Positions 25,319 through 38,452 of a stretch of 64,000 bases of DNA are shown in pieces; position 1 is the first letter of the stretch; each line of letters opens with the position of its first letter. Origin of the DNA: Phoronis australis. Its lineage: Eukaryota > Animalia > Phoronida. The translations under genes and the position numbers were made by a program. The notes below the pieces were generated by a model. It was not told where the DNA came from. It was given only the letters and a program-made list of their open reading frames with translations, and made no database searches. The stretch is taken from NCBI GenBank assembly GCA_002633005.1, contig NMRA01000018.1, positions 443,846 through 507,845 of the forward strand. The letters are read 5' to 3'.

Positions 25319-27157
25319 TCTCGTCGGGATTGCAAGTTGCCATGATATTGACGTTCATTATTCTGCGTTCTGTTTCAAAATGAATTATTCTCACGCTAAC
25401 CAATGCTTTTATGAAAGTGAAAGAAAGTATGTCTCATTAGATACAATTTGTAATGCCTTTGGGGAATTCGTGAGTGCAAATGTTTTTGATAAATCAGCAA
25501 TGAATAAACCACTGCGTTACCGGCTTCAGATGCAATAAAGGTAATTATACGAGCACCGAGGCCATGTGAGCGCATGCTAATTCAGTGTTTGCTGACAGGA
25601 AGCTGTTGTGAAACAATAAGTCGATTTAATGTGTAATGGTCACATGTTAGGGGAATCTTTATTTTGATATACACATACATTATTCACATCATTGTTACTG
25701 TACAACTTTTGCCGTGGCGGTTCTGTGAAAGAGCAACTTGATGACTTTGCGGCCCCCGACAAGTAAGTAGATTTGCAGTTTCGTGGCTAATTCCCCAAAA
25801 TAATAACATGCGCATAATTTTTTTTGGCTCACTAGTATAGCTTTTCTTTTAGTTTCCAACTTAAGCTGGTTTATGTTCGTGATGGCCAGTCCCGGCGGCC
25901 GTGACCGGGCCTGATCAGGTCCCGAGGCACTGGCTGGGATAACAAGCGTTTCGTGTGTTTAGAACTGAAAAAAATAGCAAGTACAACGCACGGCTTTCAC
26001 GGAAGAATGATTCAAATTTATCACCAAACAGACCCAAACTCCCGCGATCGACCATGATAGCTTGGCCTACCGAACCTATGGGAGTCTACACTCCTTGACC
26101 GAACTCTGTAGGCTACCGTACGTTAAAATACCTATGAATCCGTAACCACAGGCGCTTGGGCTTATCTGTTCCTCGATCGCAAATGACGTCACTCAATAAT
26201 ACATATAAGAAAACATAAAGGTTGCACACTTTAACTTTGCCAAGCCGAGGCTCCCAACTTCAACCATCCAAAATCCAAATAAAATCTGCGTGCACCTCCC
26301 TCAGTCTGGTGTTGCATAAACCTTCGAAGCTTTATCTTTCCTAGATCCCATTAACTGTCTTCGTGAGTGGTGAATTGGCGATGGAATTTCCAAAACAATC
26401 TCAAAACTCTGAATTCAAGGACTTCAAATAGTAAATATGGCGGATTTCAGTTGTGCTTCAACTTGTACGCCTGTGGTAGGTGAAACTTCGAGTTTGAGCA
26501 AGCAACCTACATGTATATTTCAAATTCAATAATTCTAATCCAAAACTCAACTAACTGAGAATGTTAAAGTTAGTATTTTAATGATTATTTGTATCTTTAT
26601 TCCACTGACGGCTCATTAACTTAGAATTTTATTGCATAAAATGGCGTATCTTGTTTCTCATCTTGAAATCACGCACTTTTTTGATTGAAGCACAACATAC
26701 ACTCGGCCAGGAAACGCAGTCCNNNNNNNNNNNNNNNNNCATGCACATTTGAGTAGAAAATTCTGAGCAAACAGATTTCTAGTGTCCAACCTTTATGTTT
26801 TCTTATATATATTATTGAATGACGTCATTTGCGATCGAGGAACAGTTAAACCCAAGTGCCTGTGTCCGTAACAGTGAAATAAAACAACACGTTTGTTCAA
26901 GAACTCGTTGTATTTTTAAGGGTTTTACATCGAAAGTTGATGATTTCTTGGTGTAAAACGATGCATTCAAGCGATAAATTGACACCAGTAAGCGTGTTGT
27001 GAACGACTGAACAGACTGCATTCGAACCGATTACGTCATTGGTTAATTTCAACACCTCCGTCTGTCGTCTGCTGTAAGTTAAAACAACTGAACTTGTTAT
27101 TATAGAGTGGAACTACTCGATCTAAATTGATACAAAATTTTTGGGTGGCACTCTCCT
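24802..27157 (+). mobile_element. Non-autonomous Kolobok-type transposon, copy 2 (left end duplicated at 24145)
   Basis: TTAA|AAGAGAATGCCACCC ... GGGTGGCACTCTCCT|TTAA; THAP remnant on the plus strand and MATCNPDESSSDEDF..YSDQEILEKRRE on the minus strand. Confidence 0.85.
26147..26864. mobile_element. MITE with ~84-bp TIRs and 8-bp TSD (P-element/hAT-type), nested in Kolobok copy 2
   Basis: CACAGGCGCTTGGG.. / ..CCCAAGTGCCTGTG; TSD tccgtaac at 26139-26146 and 26865-26872; empty site in copy 3 (about 35508). Confidence 0.85.
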
Positions 27158-28455
27158 TTAAGAAACTGGAACGGCTAGCCTAAGGATACCTACACGTTTT
27201 TTCATAACGTAAAATTGCCGTGAGGACTTGACAGGGGCCTCAGGAATATCACACTCCACTGATTTATCCACATTGTTTTGAAAACGCTTTGCCCAGTCAC
27301 ACATTGTGTGTCATAAAAGAGATAAGCATACCAGCTGCTGACGCAGCAAGTAGAACTACTCTCGTTTATCACATTGGTGTAGACTCACAGTTGAACTGTG
27401 GTTTTCTGTAGACCCCATACCGTCCCGAGTTGCACCATATACCAACTCCGGACGGTCTCTCACGTCGATTAAGCGTTATGTGTAGGGGCCTAAAGGCAAT
27501 CTTTTAGCCTAGACCTTGCGTTTCGATGATCTAACTTATAGAATTCTATAGGCTTGGGACAGCAAGCTTATGCTAATCTATATGCTTGTCTGTGGCTATA
27601 GGGTCCTTTAGGCGATCTAATGTTGACGTATTTGACACGGAAAGCCAGGGTACATTTTATAGAACTCTCTATATATGAAATTGGTTATTTACGAAAAATC
27701 CCGGTAATGCTTGCGTGTACGCAAACCTATGTGAGTCATAGAGATTCCCATAAGCACGTCTATAAAGCCTTACAGGCAATCCTATAGTCTTGATGTTTCA
27801 ATTGCCTAAAGAATTCTACAGACAAGCTTGCCCATAGTTTTGGTTACGAGAATCCTGTAGGATTGTCTATACGCGTTCCGAAAGGATGCATATAAAAAGT
27901 CTCCACAAAAATATCTACGTCAGTTCGCCTGCTCGAGTTCAAGTGTCACATCTAATCTGGTCATCAATCCTATTGAAAACATCTTGCGCCTGCACTTTAC
28001 ATATTTTAAAAATTGTTAAGTTATGGTTTCGTTGTCATTTCTGTCGATAAATCAAAAGCTTTAAGCAACATTTGGCCGACTCTATGAGATTTAGTGGATG
28101 TAAATGGACACAGGTTGAGTGGACAGGGTGTGTTCATCAATAATATTACGAATGGCAGCTATTATGTCACAGCCGAGAGGGAGAACTGTTCGCGAGTTGG
28201 CAAGGGGGAGGGGGGCTTTTAGAATGTAAGCAAGCGGTATAACGACTCGCGATGGGCAAAAATGTAGTGATAACGGGTGATACTAATTTAGCTTTTAGTA
28301 ACTTATACTACAAACACTCCTCGAAGTAAGGATTGGAGTCCCTTAATAGGGCATTTTGAATTCCCTAATCCCACAAGGCGGAGCTTGTGAATCAGCGTTT
28401 CAGTCTGTGGTTTCACTTCTATATAAATCAGTAGGTATATACATGTAGTACATGT

Positions 28456-29221
28456 CAGTGGCGGGTCTAGGATATCACAAGGGGGGGGGGCAACATTTTG
28501 TCCGGCTGTAAGCATTTGCGCAAACTGAACCACGATTGTAGATGCGCATAGCACCGAAGTGGGGGGACGTCGGGAGGGTGGTTTGCCCCCTCCAGCCCAA
28601 GGAATTTTTCTGTTTTACCTCTAAAAATCAAACATTTTCCTTGATTCCTGAAGTATTATCCAAGACAAGAAAGACAAAAAAAAAACGGAGAACGTGTCGA
28701 ACAAAAAAGCTGCAAGAACCTGAGACTCGAACTCATGACGGGATTGCTTTGGAAATCGTCTTAAGATAAGGTTTGACAAAGAGAGAATTGCGAGTTTCTG
28801 GGTGATTCACTAAGGCTTCGATTGAACACATCTTACCAGCAGCTTCTGTTTTTCATCGTCACTCAGGTTCCATTTTCTTTAAAAATGAAGTAAATTTTTT
28901 CTTCATTGCACAGTGGAGCAGACGACGGAAACGGAGTCGCAATGCGCAGGGCCACTGCCGGTCGCCTGGGATATCGCGGGAGAGCCTATACTTAGCCATA
29001 GTTCCGTTACGAATGCGCCGTGTTCCGAATTTGACACTTGAAATTGGATTTGAGCCCCCCTCCACCCCCGCCCCAACACTAAAACTGCACATATTTAAAT
29101 ATTTTTTTCATCTGTATAATTTTAATTACCGGGGTTAATTAATAAACTCAACATTTCCCTGAGCTCTTACTGTTTTATTTTTTTGCGGCAGCCAAGGGGG
29201 GGGGGGCTAAATCCGCCTATG
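28456..29221. mobile_element. hAT-like non-autonomous element with 5-bp TSD
   Basis: CAGTGGCGGGTCTAG ... AAATCCGCCTATG; TSD catgt at 28451-28455 and 29222-29226; internal similarity to 43644-44022. Confidence 0.75.
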
Positions 29222-30039
29222 CATGTTCATTCCACTTTTTGCCTGGTGATGAGACATGCAATCTCGAAATATAGCCAGTGTTTTAATCTGTTTGTTATGT
29301 CTCTAAGTGTTTTGCTACATAACTGCAGACTTGAAAAAAGGAAATTGTTTCGACACTACGAGCGACTCTGTAGGCCCTATCAAGCTTTCAAACAAAATAT
29401 TTAGTCGTGTTTTGAAGGAAGTTTCTACATAAATACACACACACATTCGACCGGTAGCCTTGCCTCCCCAACAGTTCGTGGGTTCCTAGTAATGGGTTTC
29501 TAATATTAATTTATTCAAATAATAAAAGGAACAAAACCTTTATTAGCAGTGATCATCTAGTGACCATTAATTTTCCTTACTATATTTTTCAAGTCTGAAG
29601 TCATGCTTTCAGACACAAATGGTGCAGGTATATCAGAGACACGACATCTTCAGTGTTGACAATAGGCAATGTTCTGACGACACCAGTGTGCCTTTGAGAT
29701 GGCTGATTGTCTCTTCTTTCATCCATTTAACATCATCTATGTACCTAAGCGTGTGGACTCACACGACGTGGACTTGAGTTAGCATCGTGAAGGGAAATCC
29801 AGAATGAAATGAACAAAATGGAGTTAAGTTAATCCGTTTACTTGCCACTGGCGATCCATTACAGCTGAAATGCTGATTGGGGTGAAACAAAGTTCACACA
29901 GTGACCCATGGTTAGTACTGCTTAAGTGCAAAATGGTAGCATGAACGACACGAGCGAAGTGTTGAAACTCGTATACACATGTACACGCGTGGATGCATGT
30001 TGACGTCTAGACGTTCATCTTCCGGTGGTGTATGTCGTA

Positions 30040-30620
30040 AACCCCTTACAGAGGCTTCATGAATTTTCACAGACCGTGTTCCTATGAAGCTAACGACGAA
30101 TGTCGACGACTACCGTTCTACCTCCTAGAGGCAATTTCATTTTTGCCTTTGTCTCTGAGACGGATTTTATGAAACTTAACATAAACGTTTCTATGAAGGA
30201 AACTGCGACGACACCAACCCAGTTTCAGATGGATTTGATCATTTTCCACCGCTATGGCCATTTTGCTATTTTCGTGTCTGTTTTTGGTCGTCTGCTGCCT
30301 TATCCACATGCTGCTTGAAGCATCACTTTAAAAGATGGCTGATGTATTGCGCCCCTATAGTGGGGATTTTAGTTTTCTTTGCATCTACAGCAGTATCTAC
30401 CTAATTCTTGGATGGATCTTTATGAAAATTGGCGCATGCGTTTCTATTGAGGAACGTACGACTGGTGTCGGTTTTTGGATGGGTCTACCTCAAGGGCGAA
30501 GGTAGCCGTTTTACTGTCATTTTTGGCTAACCTATAAAAACGTTCAAGTTCAAGAAAACTCCCTCCGGTTTTAATCTTAATACTTGTGTCATATCGGAAA
30601 TGAGTTTCGCAGCCTGCTTC
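30040..30620 (+). repeat. Degenerate tandem array of ~130-250 bp units (Helentron/HINE-like internal repeats)
   Basis: Recurrent ggattttatgaaactt..gtttctatgaagga motif; same motif family as 51830-52960. Confidence 0.4.
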
Positions 30621-31590
30621 GTTTACATGCACTTCAGACTGTTATCGACACCGGAAGCGTTATAAGCTAGGCCGTTATTTGCATTTCTCTAAGCTTTTTT
30701 CAGAAATGCCTGAAAGTCGTTGCTTACCGGGTTGCAAGTAGCATGAGCTCTCAAAGTGTAAATGATTTCCGTTTCACCGATTTTCAGAGGATTAGAGGAT
30801 CCACCGGGGTTGGCCCGTTCGTGCTAAGAGTGTGTCCTTACCCAGTTCACGCTACGGCTAAAACGATGCAAAACCATCGTGGTTGCGGCAAATATGTCTT
30901 ACAGCCGGATAATGAAAGAGATCATGAAGGCACCAGGTATACATGTTATGATGACATGTCATCGGCGTTTCCCTTCTCTGCTACGTCGCCACCTACTAGG
31001 ACTGCTTATCGAAACGCAAACCGTCGGGAATTTTTGCCACTGTTTAACTTTCATTTTGTGAATTTCTGATGATGCAGTTCAAGGTGAATTGAATGAAGGA
31101 GAAAACGTAAAAAATGTCAGTGAAAAGGAAGAACAGAGCTGAAATTCAAAATTTGTTTTTGTCTATAAAATTCATTTAGTGTTCTAAACTGGCGAAAGTT
31201 AAGAAAAAAGGTTTACCGTTAAAAATCTTTTTTTCATCCAGTACACAAAATCCGCTTTTCAAAGAAACTACACCTTAGTAATATGAAAATTCTTAAATAA
31301 AGAATCATACACGAATCTCAGGTTTATGACATGGGCAAAACCTTTTGGAAATTTCGTAAAAATCCCGAGGTTTGCCGTAAAAACGATATTTTCGTCGAAA
31401 ACTCGACATGTCTTAACCTTTCAACCGTATGACGCAACTTTTGTAAAAACACTCTTGGGCAATGTAAAGTAAACCCAGTTAATTTTTGTTAATAATTTCA
31501 TTTTAACTTAACAATTGTAAATTGAATTTAGCTTTCGTAAAAAACGTTTAAGTTAGCATCTAATAATATTCTTTGAAGTTGCAGCATTAA

Positions 31591-31950
31591 AGGAGAATGC
31601 CACCCAAAAAACAACCTCTTTTGTTTCAATTTAGATCGAGTAGTTCCACTCGATAACAGCAAGTTCAGTTATTTTACCTGACACCTGACGGCAGACGGAG
31701 GTGTTGAAATTAATCAATGACGTAATCGGTTCGAACGCAGTCTGTTCAGCCGTTCACAACACGCTTACTGGTGTCAACTTATCGCTTAAATGCATCGTTT
31801 TACACCAATAAATCATCAAATTTCAATGTAAAACCCTTAAAAATATATCGAGTTCATGAACAAACGTGTTGTTTTGCTTCACTGTTACGGATTTATAGGT
31901 ATTTGTAGCCTAGAGAGTTCGGTCAAGGAGTGTAGGGGTAGGTCAGGCTT
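31591..31950 (-). mobile_element. Truncated Kolobok-type end, copy 4
   Basis: TTAA|AGGAGAATGCCACCC followed by ~350 bp homologous to 14590-14930. Confidence 0.8.
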
Positions 31951-32344
31951 GGCGTTGCTTGCTGGCTCAGTGAATGTGGTTTGCGTGTATTTGTGAACAT
32001 CTTCGGAATGAGAAAAGACTTTTTGCTCGGCTATACCTGCACTCTTCTTCAAAATGACGGCCCCCTCTTGTATTTGAGCATTGTTGGACAGCAACTGAGA
32101 AATCGGCTACGAGTTCAAGTAGCCTTCAAAGAAGCCGGAATTGCAAAAAACATTAGTTGGTTGACAGTACTTTTGGGGACACATTGTTGGATTCTGCAGA
32201 GAATTTGCTTTCAGAATCTAACGTTGGCTTATGTCGTCCGTCGGCAGGGAAGTGGGTGGTGGTTTGGGGCTGAAAAGTGCCAATTTTGTGTTTTTGCTTC
32301 TCTTTTCTTAGCCCACGTTGCTTTTCAGTAGCAGAGAAAGGGCC

Positions 32345-32546
32345 AAAAATGCAAGGGAGAATAAAGTTTCTGTGCTCTTCCGTAAGGCTTGTGATGTGAA
32401 ATGACTGAAAACTTTTCATTCTTTGCATACCGTTTTCGACAGAGTAAAGGAATGGTGACTTTTCCATTGACGTGTGCTCTGATAGGAAAACCTCTGCGAT
32501 AACTGTTCTGTCTCCCCAAAGGAGGCATCACACAACAAACAACCAT
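32345..32546 (-). pseudogene. Highly degenerate THAP-like remnant
   Basis: MVVCCVMP...RGFP...HHKP..AQKLYSPLHF follows the THAP C..C/FP/P/HF spacing, but key residues are lost. Confidence 0.35.
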
Positions 32547-33276
32547 GTCGAGAAGACGTCGTAATTTCCGGAAGTAAAACCAGCAATCACACCAGCGCCG
32601 CTGCGAATAGTTGTGGCTTGTGCGTACGATGTACAGAGTTGGCGGTCCATACAGTAGGTCCACGGGAATTGAATTTGAACCCCCCGCGTTGCACTGAAAT
32701 GTTGAGTACATTTTGAGACACCCTGTTTACATACTACAATAGTGCTTAAAATTCTGGCTTCTTTTCAAGCGGTGGATTTTATTTGATTAATCACAACCAT
32801 TCTGTCAAATCCATGTATTTAATTTAAGAAAACTCGGAGAAAATATGCGGGTTTAGTCGTTTGTCTTCAGTGTAATAAAGCATTGAAATTTTAAGTGTTT
32901 CATTCGTCAGTGGTTTTTACTAGAACTGCTGAGTTTGAAAATCTAATATGTAAGTTGTGCAAAAACTCCCTGAAACCTGTTTGTGGCTCGTGAATAACGT
33001 AGAAAATAAATCTGAAGCTAAAAAGGCGATCCAGATCCTCTAAAGGATACTATTGTTTGACGAAGTGTAGAATAATTTAGGTAAATAAAACATTAATAAT
33101 GGATCAACTTGACAAAATGTAGCTGATCCATTATTGTTGTTTTATTTACCTATTTATATTCTATGGCTCATGAACAAATTCTGTTAATAATGTGATAACG
33201 AATTGTTATATGAGAATTAGCATAGTGAACACGTATTTTGTATTTCTTGAGAATGCACACGTGTCAAAACGGTAAT

Positions 33277-33481
33277 TTTTTGAGGTTTTCATACATGGAG
33301 GTAGCGAACTCGTACGTTTTAGGGCAGCATCTCTGAGTTTTTTGTTGTTTTTTTTTGAAGTTTTCATACATGAAGGCAGCGAACTCATACGTTTTAGGGC
33401 AGCATCTCTGAGTTTTTTTGTTGTTTTTCTTGAAGTTTTCATACATGAAGGCAGCGAACTCATACGTTTTAGGGCAGCATT
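33277..33481. repeat. Tandem repeat, ~74-bp unit, about 2.7 copies
   Basis: ttgaagttttcatacatgaaggcagcgaactcatacgttttagggcagcat occurs three times. Confidence 0.9.
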
Positions 33482-34309
33482 TGAGAACAAAGCCAGTGGA
33501 ACACTGATTAGGGTTCGAGCAATATAACAAGAACACCGAGATGGCTTAAGGAAAAGATAAATTTATAAACCTAGAATCAAACTACCTCTGGCATAGGATT
33601 TGTCCTCATGTGACGTAACCGGACCGTGGGAATATCAGAAGCCACAACGAACCAGCTGTGCCCTGTTATCAAAGGAGGGTGGACAAACTAACGATATTGA
33701 TAAGTGGTGTATTAGGCCAAACGTTCTGTAAAATCACTTGTCTTTCAGGTTTTTGAAAATTTGTATCTCCACTAGCAGGAATTCGCCATTACGTTTGAAA
33801 ACGAGGTGTTGCGTCCAAACCACAATGATTCACCAATTGGAAAACGCGCACTTGCATGTTTGCGTTGTTAAAATCAATGAAGACAAGTATATCTGCTGTT
33901 GTATCGCGCGTGTACTACATGCCATCTCACATGAACTGGAATGTGTTATGACACGACTGGTTAAGAACGCCGAGTACGTATTTTTTATCTCATACGCGTT
34001 GAATCTGTCGAGGGAAATACGGCCATGTACTGTAATAATGTTTTCCGTATTCACCTCCCGCACTACTTCAACAGCGACCTCTGACATGGAAAGTTCAAAA
34101 GGTAGGTCAATGTCGACTCGACGTCGATAGCCGGTTCCATAATCATTAAAGGAGAATGCCACTCGATTTAATTAGTCTTTTTTACCGTCTTAATCGGTCT
34201 ATATCCACATCGCCACTTATACGGTCGACTTCACCTTGCCGAGAGGTGTCGCGTTAACCTGTGAGGAAGGTGAGAAACGACGCAGCGACGTCAGTGGTTC
34301 GTCAGCAGA

Positions 34310-34560
34310 GTGAATGCCGCTGTATTGCGGTGCATCGTTCCCGCTTGTCCGAACTATGAAGCTGGGAAGAAAGCAGGTATAACGTTTTTTCGACTTCCTC
34401 GAAAGCCCGAAATGCTTAGGAAGTGGCTCGCGGTAGTGAAGAATGAAAGGTACTCTGTTAATAGCAAGTATGAGGCCGTGAAACATCTCCGCGTCTGTGG
34501 CCGGCATTTCGTCGACAGTGATTTCTCTGACGAATTCCGCTTACCAAAGAACTATCCATA
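34310..34560 (+). pseudogene. THAP zinc-finger N-terminus of the Kolobok transposase (truncated by an internal deletion)
   Basis: LRCIVPACPNYEAGKKAGITFFRLPRKPEMLRKWLAVV...LRVCGRHFVDSDF is a complete C2CH THAP signature. Confidence 0.85.
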
Positions 34561-35727
34561 CGTACCGTTGCCTGTGCATGTTCACGGCGCCTCTCTAGTA
34601 TTTCTTGATTACTATATTCCGGTTCTAACTGATAGCCTGTGGAACCTAACGATCCGACCCGTGAAGTCTTCGTCGGATGAGCTCTTGACTAAGTCGGGAT
34701 TGGCCGGCGCCGGGCGTGTTGTCATGTAGACATATATTATTCTGCGTTCTGTTTCAAAATGATTTATTCTCATCCTAACCAATGCTAATATGAAACTGAA
34801 ACAAATTCTGTCTCATTAGACACAATTTGTAATGAGGTTTGCAGTATTCGTGAGAGCAAATGTTGAGAAGCCAGCAATGAATAAACCACTGCGTTACGGG
34901 CTCTCGATGCCGACAACAAAGGTAACTGACCGGGCACCGAGGCCGTGTGAGCTCATATTAATTCAGTGTTTGCTGACAGAAAGCTGTTTTGAAACAGTTA
35001 CTCGATTTATATGCTATGGTCACACGTTAGGGAAATCTTTATTCAGAAATACAAATACATTATTCAAATCATTGTCAATGTGCAACCTTTGCCTTGGCGG
35101 TCTGTGGAAGGGGAACCCGACTTCGCGGCCCCCGACAAGTAAGTAGATTTTCAGTTTCGTGGATAATTCACATAATTACGTGCACATTATTTTTTTGGCT
35201 CACTATTGTATTATTTTCGTGACTGGAGGTTTAGTTTCCAACTCAAGCTGGTTTATGTTAGTACCAGTCCCGGCGGCTGAGACAGGCCTGGTCGGGTTCC
35301 GAGCCACTGGCCGGGATGACAAGCGTTTTGTGTGTTTGCAACTCAAAAATCACAAGTATAAACAACACAGATCTAGGTTCTCCTGTCTGTATTTCACGAA
35401 AGAATACTTCGAATTTATCTCCGAATAGACCCCAAAATCCTGCTACGGGCCTTGGTAAATTGGGCTGCCGAACTTTGTAGGCTACGGTGTATCCAAATAC
35501 CAATAAATCCGTAACAGCGAAATGACACAACACGTTTTTATAAGAACTCGGTGTATTTTTAAGGGTTTTACATCGAAGTTTGATGATTTATTGGTGTTAA
35601 ACGATGAATTCCAGCGATAAGTGGACACCAATAACCAGTGTTGTGAACTGCTGAACAGACTGCGTGTGAAACCAATGACGTCATTGGATAATTTCAACAC
35701 CTCCGTCTGCCGTCAGGTGTCAGGTAA

Positions 35728-38452
35728 CAGTGGCGGATCTACAGGGGGGTTCAGGGGGTTTAAACCCCCCCTCGGGCCAGGACCCAAAAATTAGAGAAAA
35801 AAAACGTCTCCAGCAAAACAAAAACGGCACCGTCAGCGTGTGTAAACCCCAAGTAAACCAACTTGGAAAAAAACGAGGGGGGTTCACTTTAAAAATATTT
35901 TTTGCATTGTGAATTGCTGTTATGAAAATCAACGCGTTTCGAGTCTTCGTGGCTCGTCGGCAAAACCCCGGAGATCAACTGTGCGCGCGCTTCCGACGAC
36001 ACTTCTGAAGTAACCAAGCATTTTAGATGGATCCACCGCTGAAAGAGCAGCTCTATAGCCGATTTCTTTAGGTAACTGGTTTCTTTACTCTAAGATATGT
36101 TTTGATTTGATTGGAGGAAATACTGTGGTGCCGCAATCCTGACATTCAGGCGAATTGACGAGCAACTTTTTTACCTCATCTGTCATGCCATGTCATCCTA
36201 TTACACCCCACACGTTTGTATCTCGAATTTGACTGATGTATAGTAAAGTTGTCTTGCGCGATATCATATAGTGTGCATGTACATGTAATACTTGAAAAAA
36301 AAACTCGTTTTCCGAAGAATTGCTATTGTGGCCTGCGCCGTGGTCTGGTCGCGAGTCTGTTTGAAGATGCACTCTAACAAGTTATGTATATACATGTACA
36401 AGGAATGACCAAGGTGGCACTCACATTGACAAAGTGACCGCATTCGCGAACAGTGTACAGTACCAGAAATTGCGGGGAGGCTGTATTTTCACAACAAAGT
36501 CTTGCGGGAGTCGTGCGATGTTCAACGGGCCTCCTAAGGAGTCCTAGTGCCGACCTCAACACCTACCGTCTTTCTACATGCAGTAAGCACCACTGCCGTT
36601 TTCTATACTGGGAATTTCTGCAGAAAGGCCCACCCGAAGAAACGCCCATGCCCATCGGCATTTATTTGATGTTAGTACTTCAGGTTTCAAGCGTTCAGAC
36701 ATTGGGACGTTTATTTCGAAAATTGCAAGAGATGGAAATGGGTCCTGGGATACATCGTCAAGGTTTGAAGTATTCCATGATGAACGGATTAGTTGCGCAC
36801 GCTGTAAGTCTTTTGAATGGACTTGGTTATCTCAGGGGGCTTAGTGCCAACTGAGCTGCGAAACGAGATGTTGACAATGTAGACGCGTACAAGCTCATTG
36901 ACACAGCAGTTGACGAAGTGCAAGCGTTGGGAACAAACGTCGAAGACGTCTGGGTAGAATGGTTCCAAGAGCAGCAAACCATTGGATCCGATGTACAGAT
37001 TCCTCGGCAGTCTAGACAACAGAAAGACAGGACCAACGTTCCCGGAGAAACACCCAGGTAATAAGTTATAATCATACACAGTTTGTAATAATGTCGGTTT
37101 TTTATGCTTGTGCACAATGAAAACGAAATAGAAATTATTTTTGGACATGCCAAATTTACCCAGTACAGCAGAGGGTCTACGAGAGCACAGAAACTGATTC
37201 TGGCTTGTATTTCCACTTGAGTCTATCTGCTTCATATCTAAAATCTTATTTCACGTAGTGCGTAGTTAAATCTGCACTCAATACTTGCTTCTTCCAGTGA
37301 GTACTACAGAACGGTGCAAAAACCCTTCCTAGACAACCTCTCGCAGCAGTTGACCCGCAGATGTATGAACTACACGTATGAGCATCCGCTGGGAATTAAA
37401 AAGTGTCTAGAGAGAAGTTTTCAATTCAAAATTTTTTGCAAAGTACGCTTTAGGTCTCGCGACGGACCAGGCCAGCTTGATTTGTGTAGATATCGAGCTT
37501 CAGTGTACTTCTGGTCCCTCGGCGAACTAGACTTGTGATGTTTTTTATCAAAGTGTGCTTTGTAAAACTATTTATCTCAGCCAGTACTGTTTGGTCCCGC
37601 GACAGATCGACTATTTCATAGGGATAACAACCACAGGTGTACTTTTGTCCTCGTGACGGACCAGGCCAGAGTTTTTGTGTACTCTCAGTGTACATCTGGT
37701 CCGTTTGCGAACTGCTCCTGTGTATCTTTCACCACGGTGTAGGCCTACAGAGTGTTTTGGTTTCGTGAAACTGTTTTCAGATGATTTGTTTCCTGATACA
37801 TTTGACGTGTTTCAATTCTTGTCAACGTGATTCAGCTTAATAAAGTGATACTTAATTGTTTTTGTCGCTTTTAATAACAGACTATGAGCTGAGAGCACCA
37901 TCGTTCGCCAGTTTTTCTCGTAACGAGACAGAACACATGTTTGTTTCCGGACTAACAGTACAGGTCTTCGTTCTTAAACAGCTTGAGGCTGTTGCGATCA
38001 TCTGATATTCAAGTTTTTACGCCCCGTCGGTGCTCCTTATGCTCTTGAATATTTGGTTGTTGTCTAAGCCCCTGTATACACATCACACTTTTTCGTATGC
38101 TAAAAAGGTGCGTGTAAGCAGATGTTCCAACAAAAAATTCTACTGGTGGTGTGACTCATATCCAGATGTGCACAAATATGGTTTCACGAAACTTATGAGC
38201 CAAGTTCATGTGACGAAATCGAGAAGGGCTTTTAATTATCTTAAGAAAAACTCCAGGAACATGTTAAGTGCCAGAAACGTACCAGGTTACATGGAAATTT
38301 CACTGTTTGGCTACAAAAATAAAAAGTTATCTTACACCGGATGGGGGGTTACCCCCCTCCCGACCTCCCTCCCCGCTCGGCGCCACGCGCCTCGGATTCG
38401 ACCTTTGCGAGAATCCTAAACCCCCCTTACTGAAAACGTAGATCCGCCACTG
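35728..38452 (+). mobile_element. hAT (THAP12/PRKRIR-ZMYM1/Tip100-like) transposon deletion derivative with 5-bp TSD, nested in Kolobok copy 3
   Basis: Perfect 15-bp TIR CAGTGGCGGATCTAC / GTAGATCCGCCACTG; TSD ggtaa at 35723-35727 and 38453-38457; the host sequence is contiguous in the other Kolobok copies. Confidence 0.88.
36770..37362 (+). pseudogene. hAT transposase fragment with a spliceosomal intron (37058-37297)
   Basis: LGYLRGLS..RDVDNVDAYKLIDTAVDEVQAL..IPRQSRQQKDRTNVPGETP|SEYYRTVQKPFLDNLSQQLTRR, a typical THAP12/ZMYM1-type hAT segment; in-frame stop at 36852. Confidence 0.8.

Noticed and set aside
33206-33536. Repetitive ORFs or a CRISPR-like array
   Set aside because: A simple ~74-bp tandem repeat without unique spacers, in a eukaryotic context with no cas genes.
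33738-34162. 110-130 aa ORFs next to the Kolobok end
   Set aside because: No recognisable motifs; the start codon of the minus-strand ORF lies inside the TIR.
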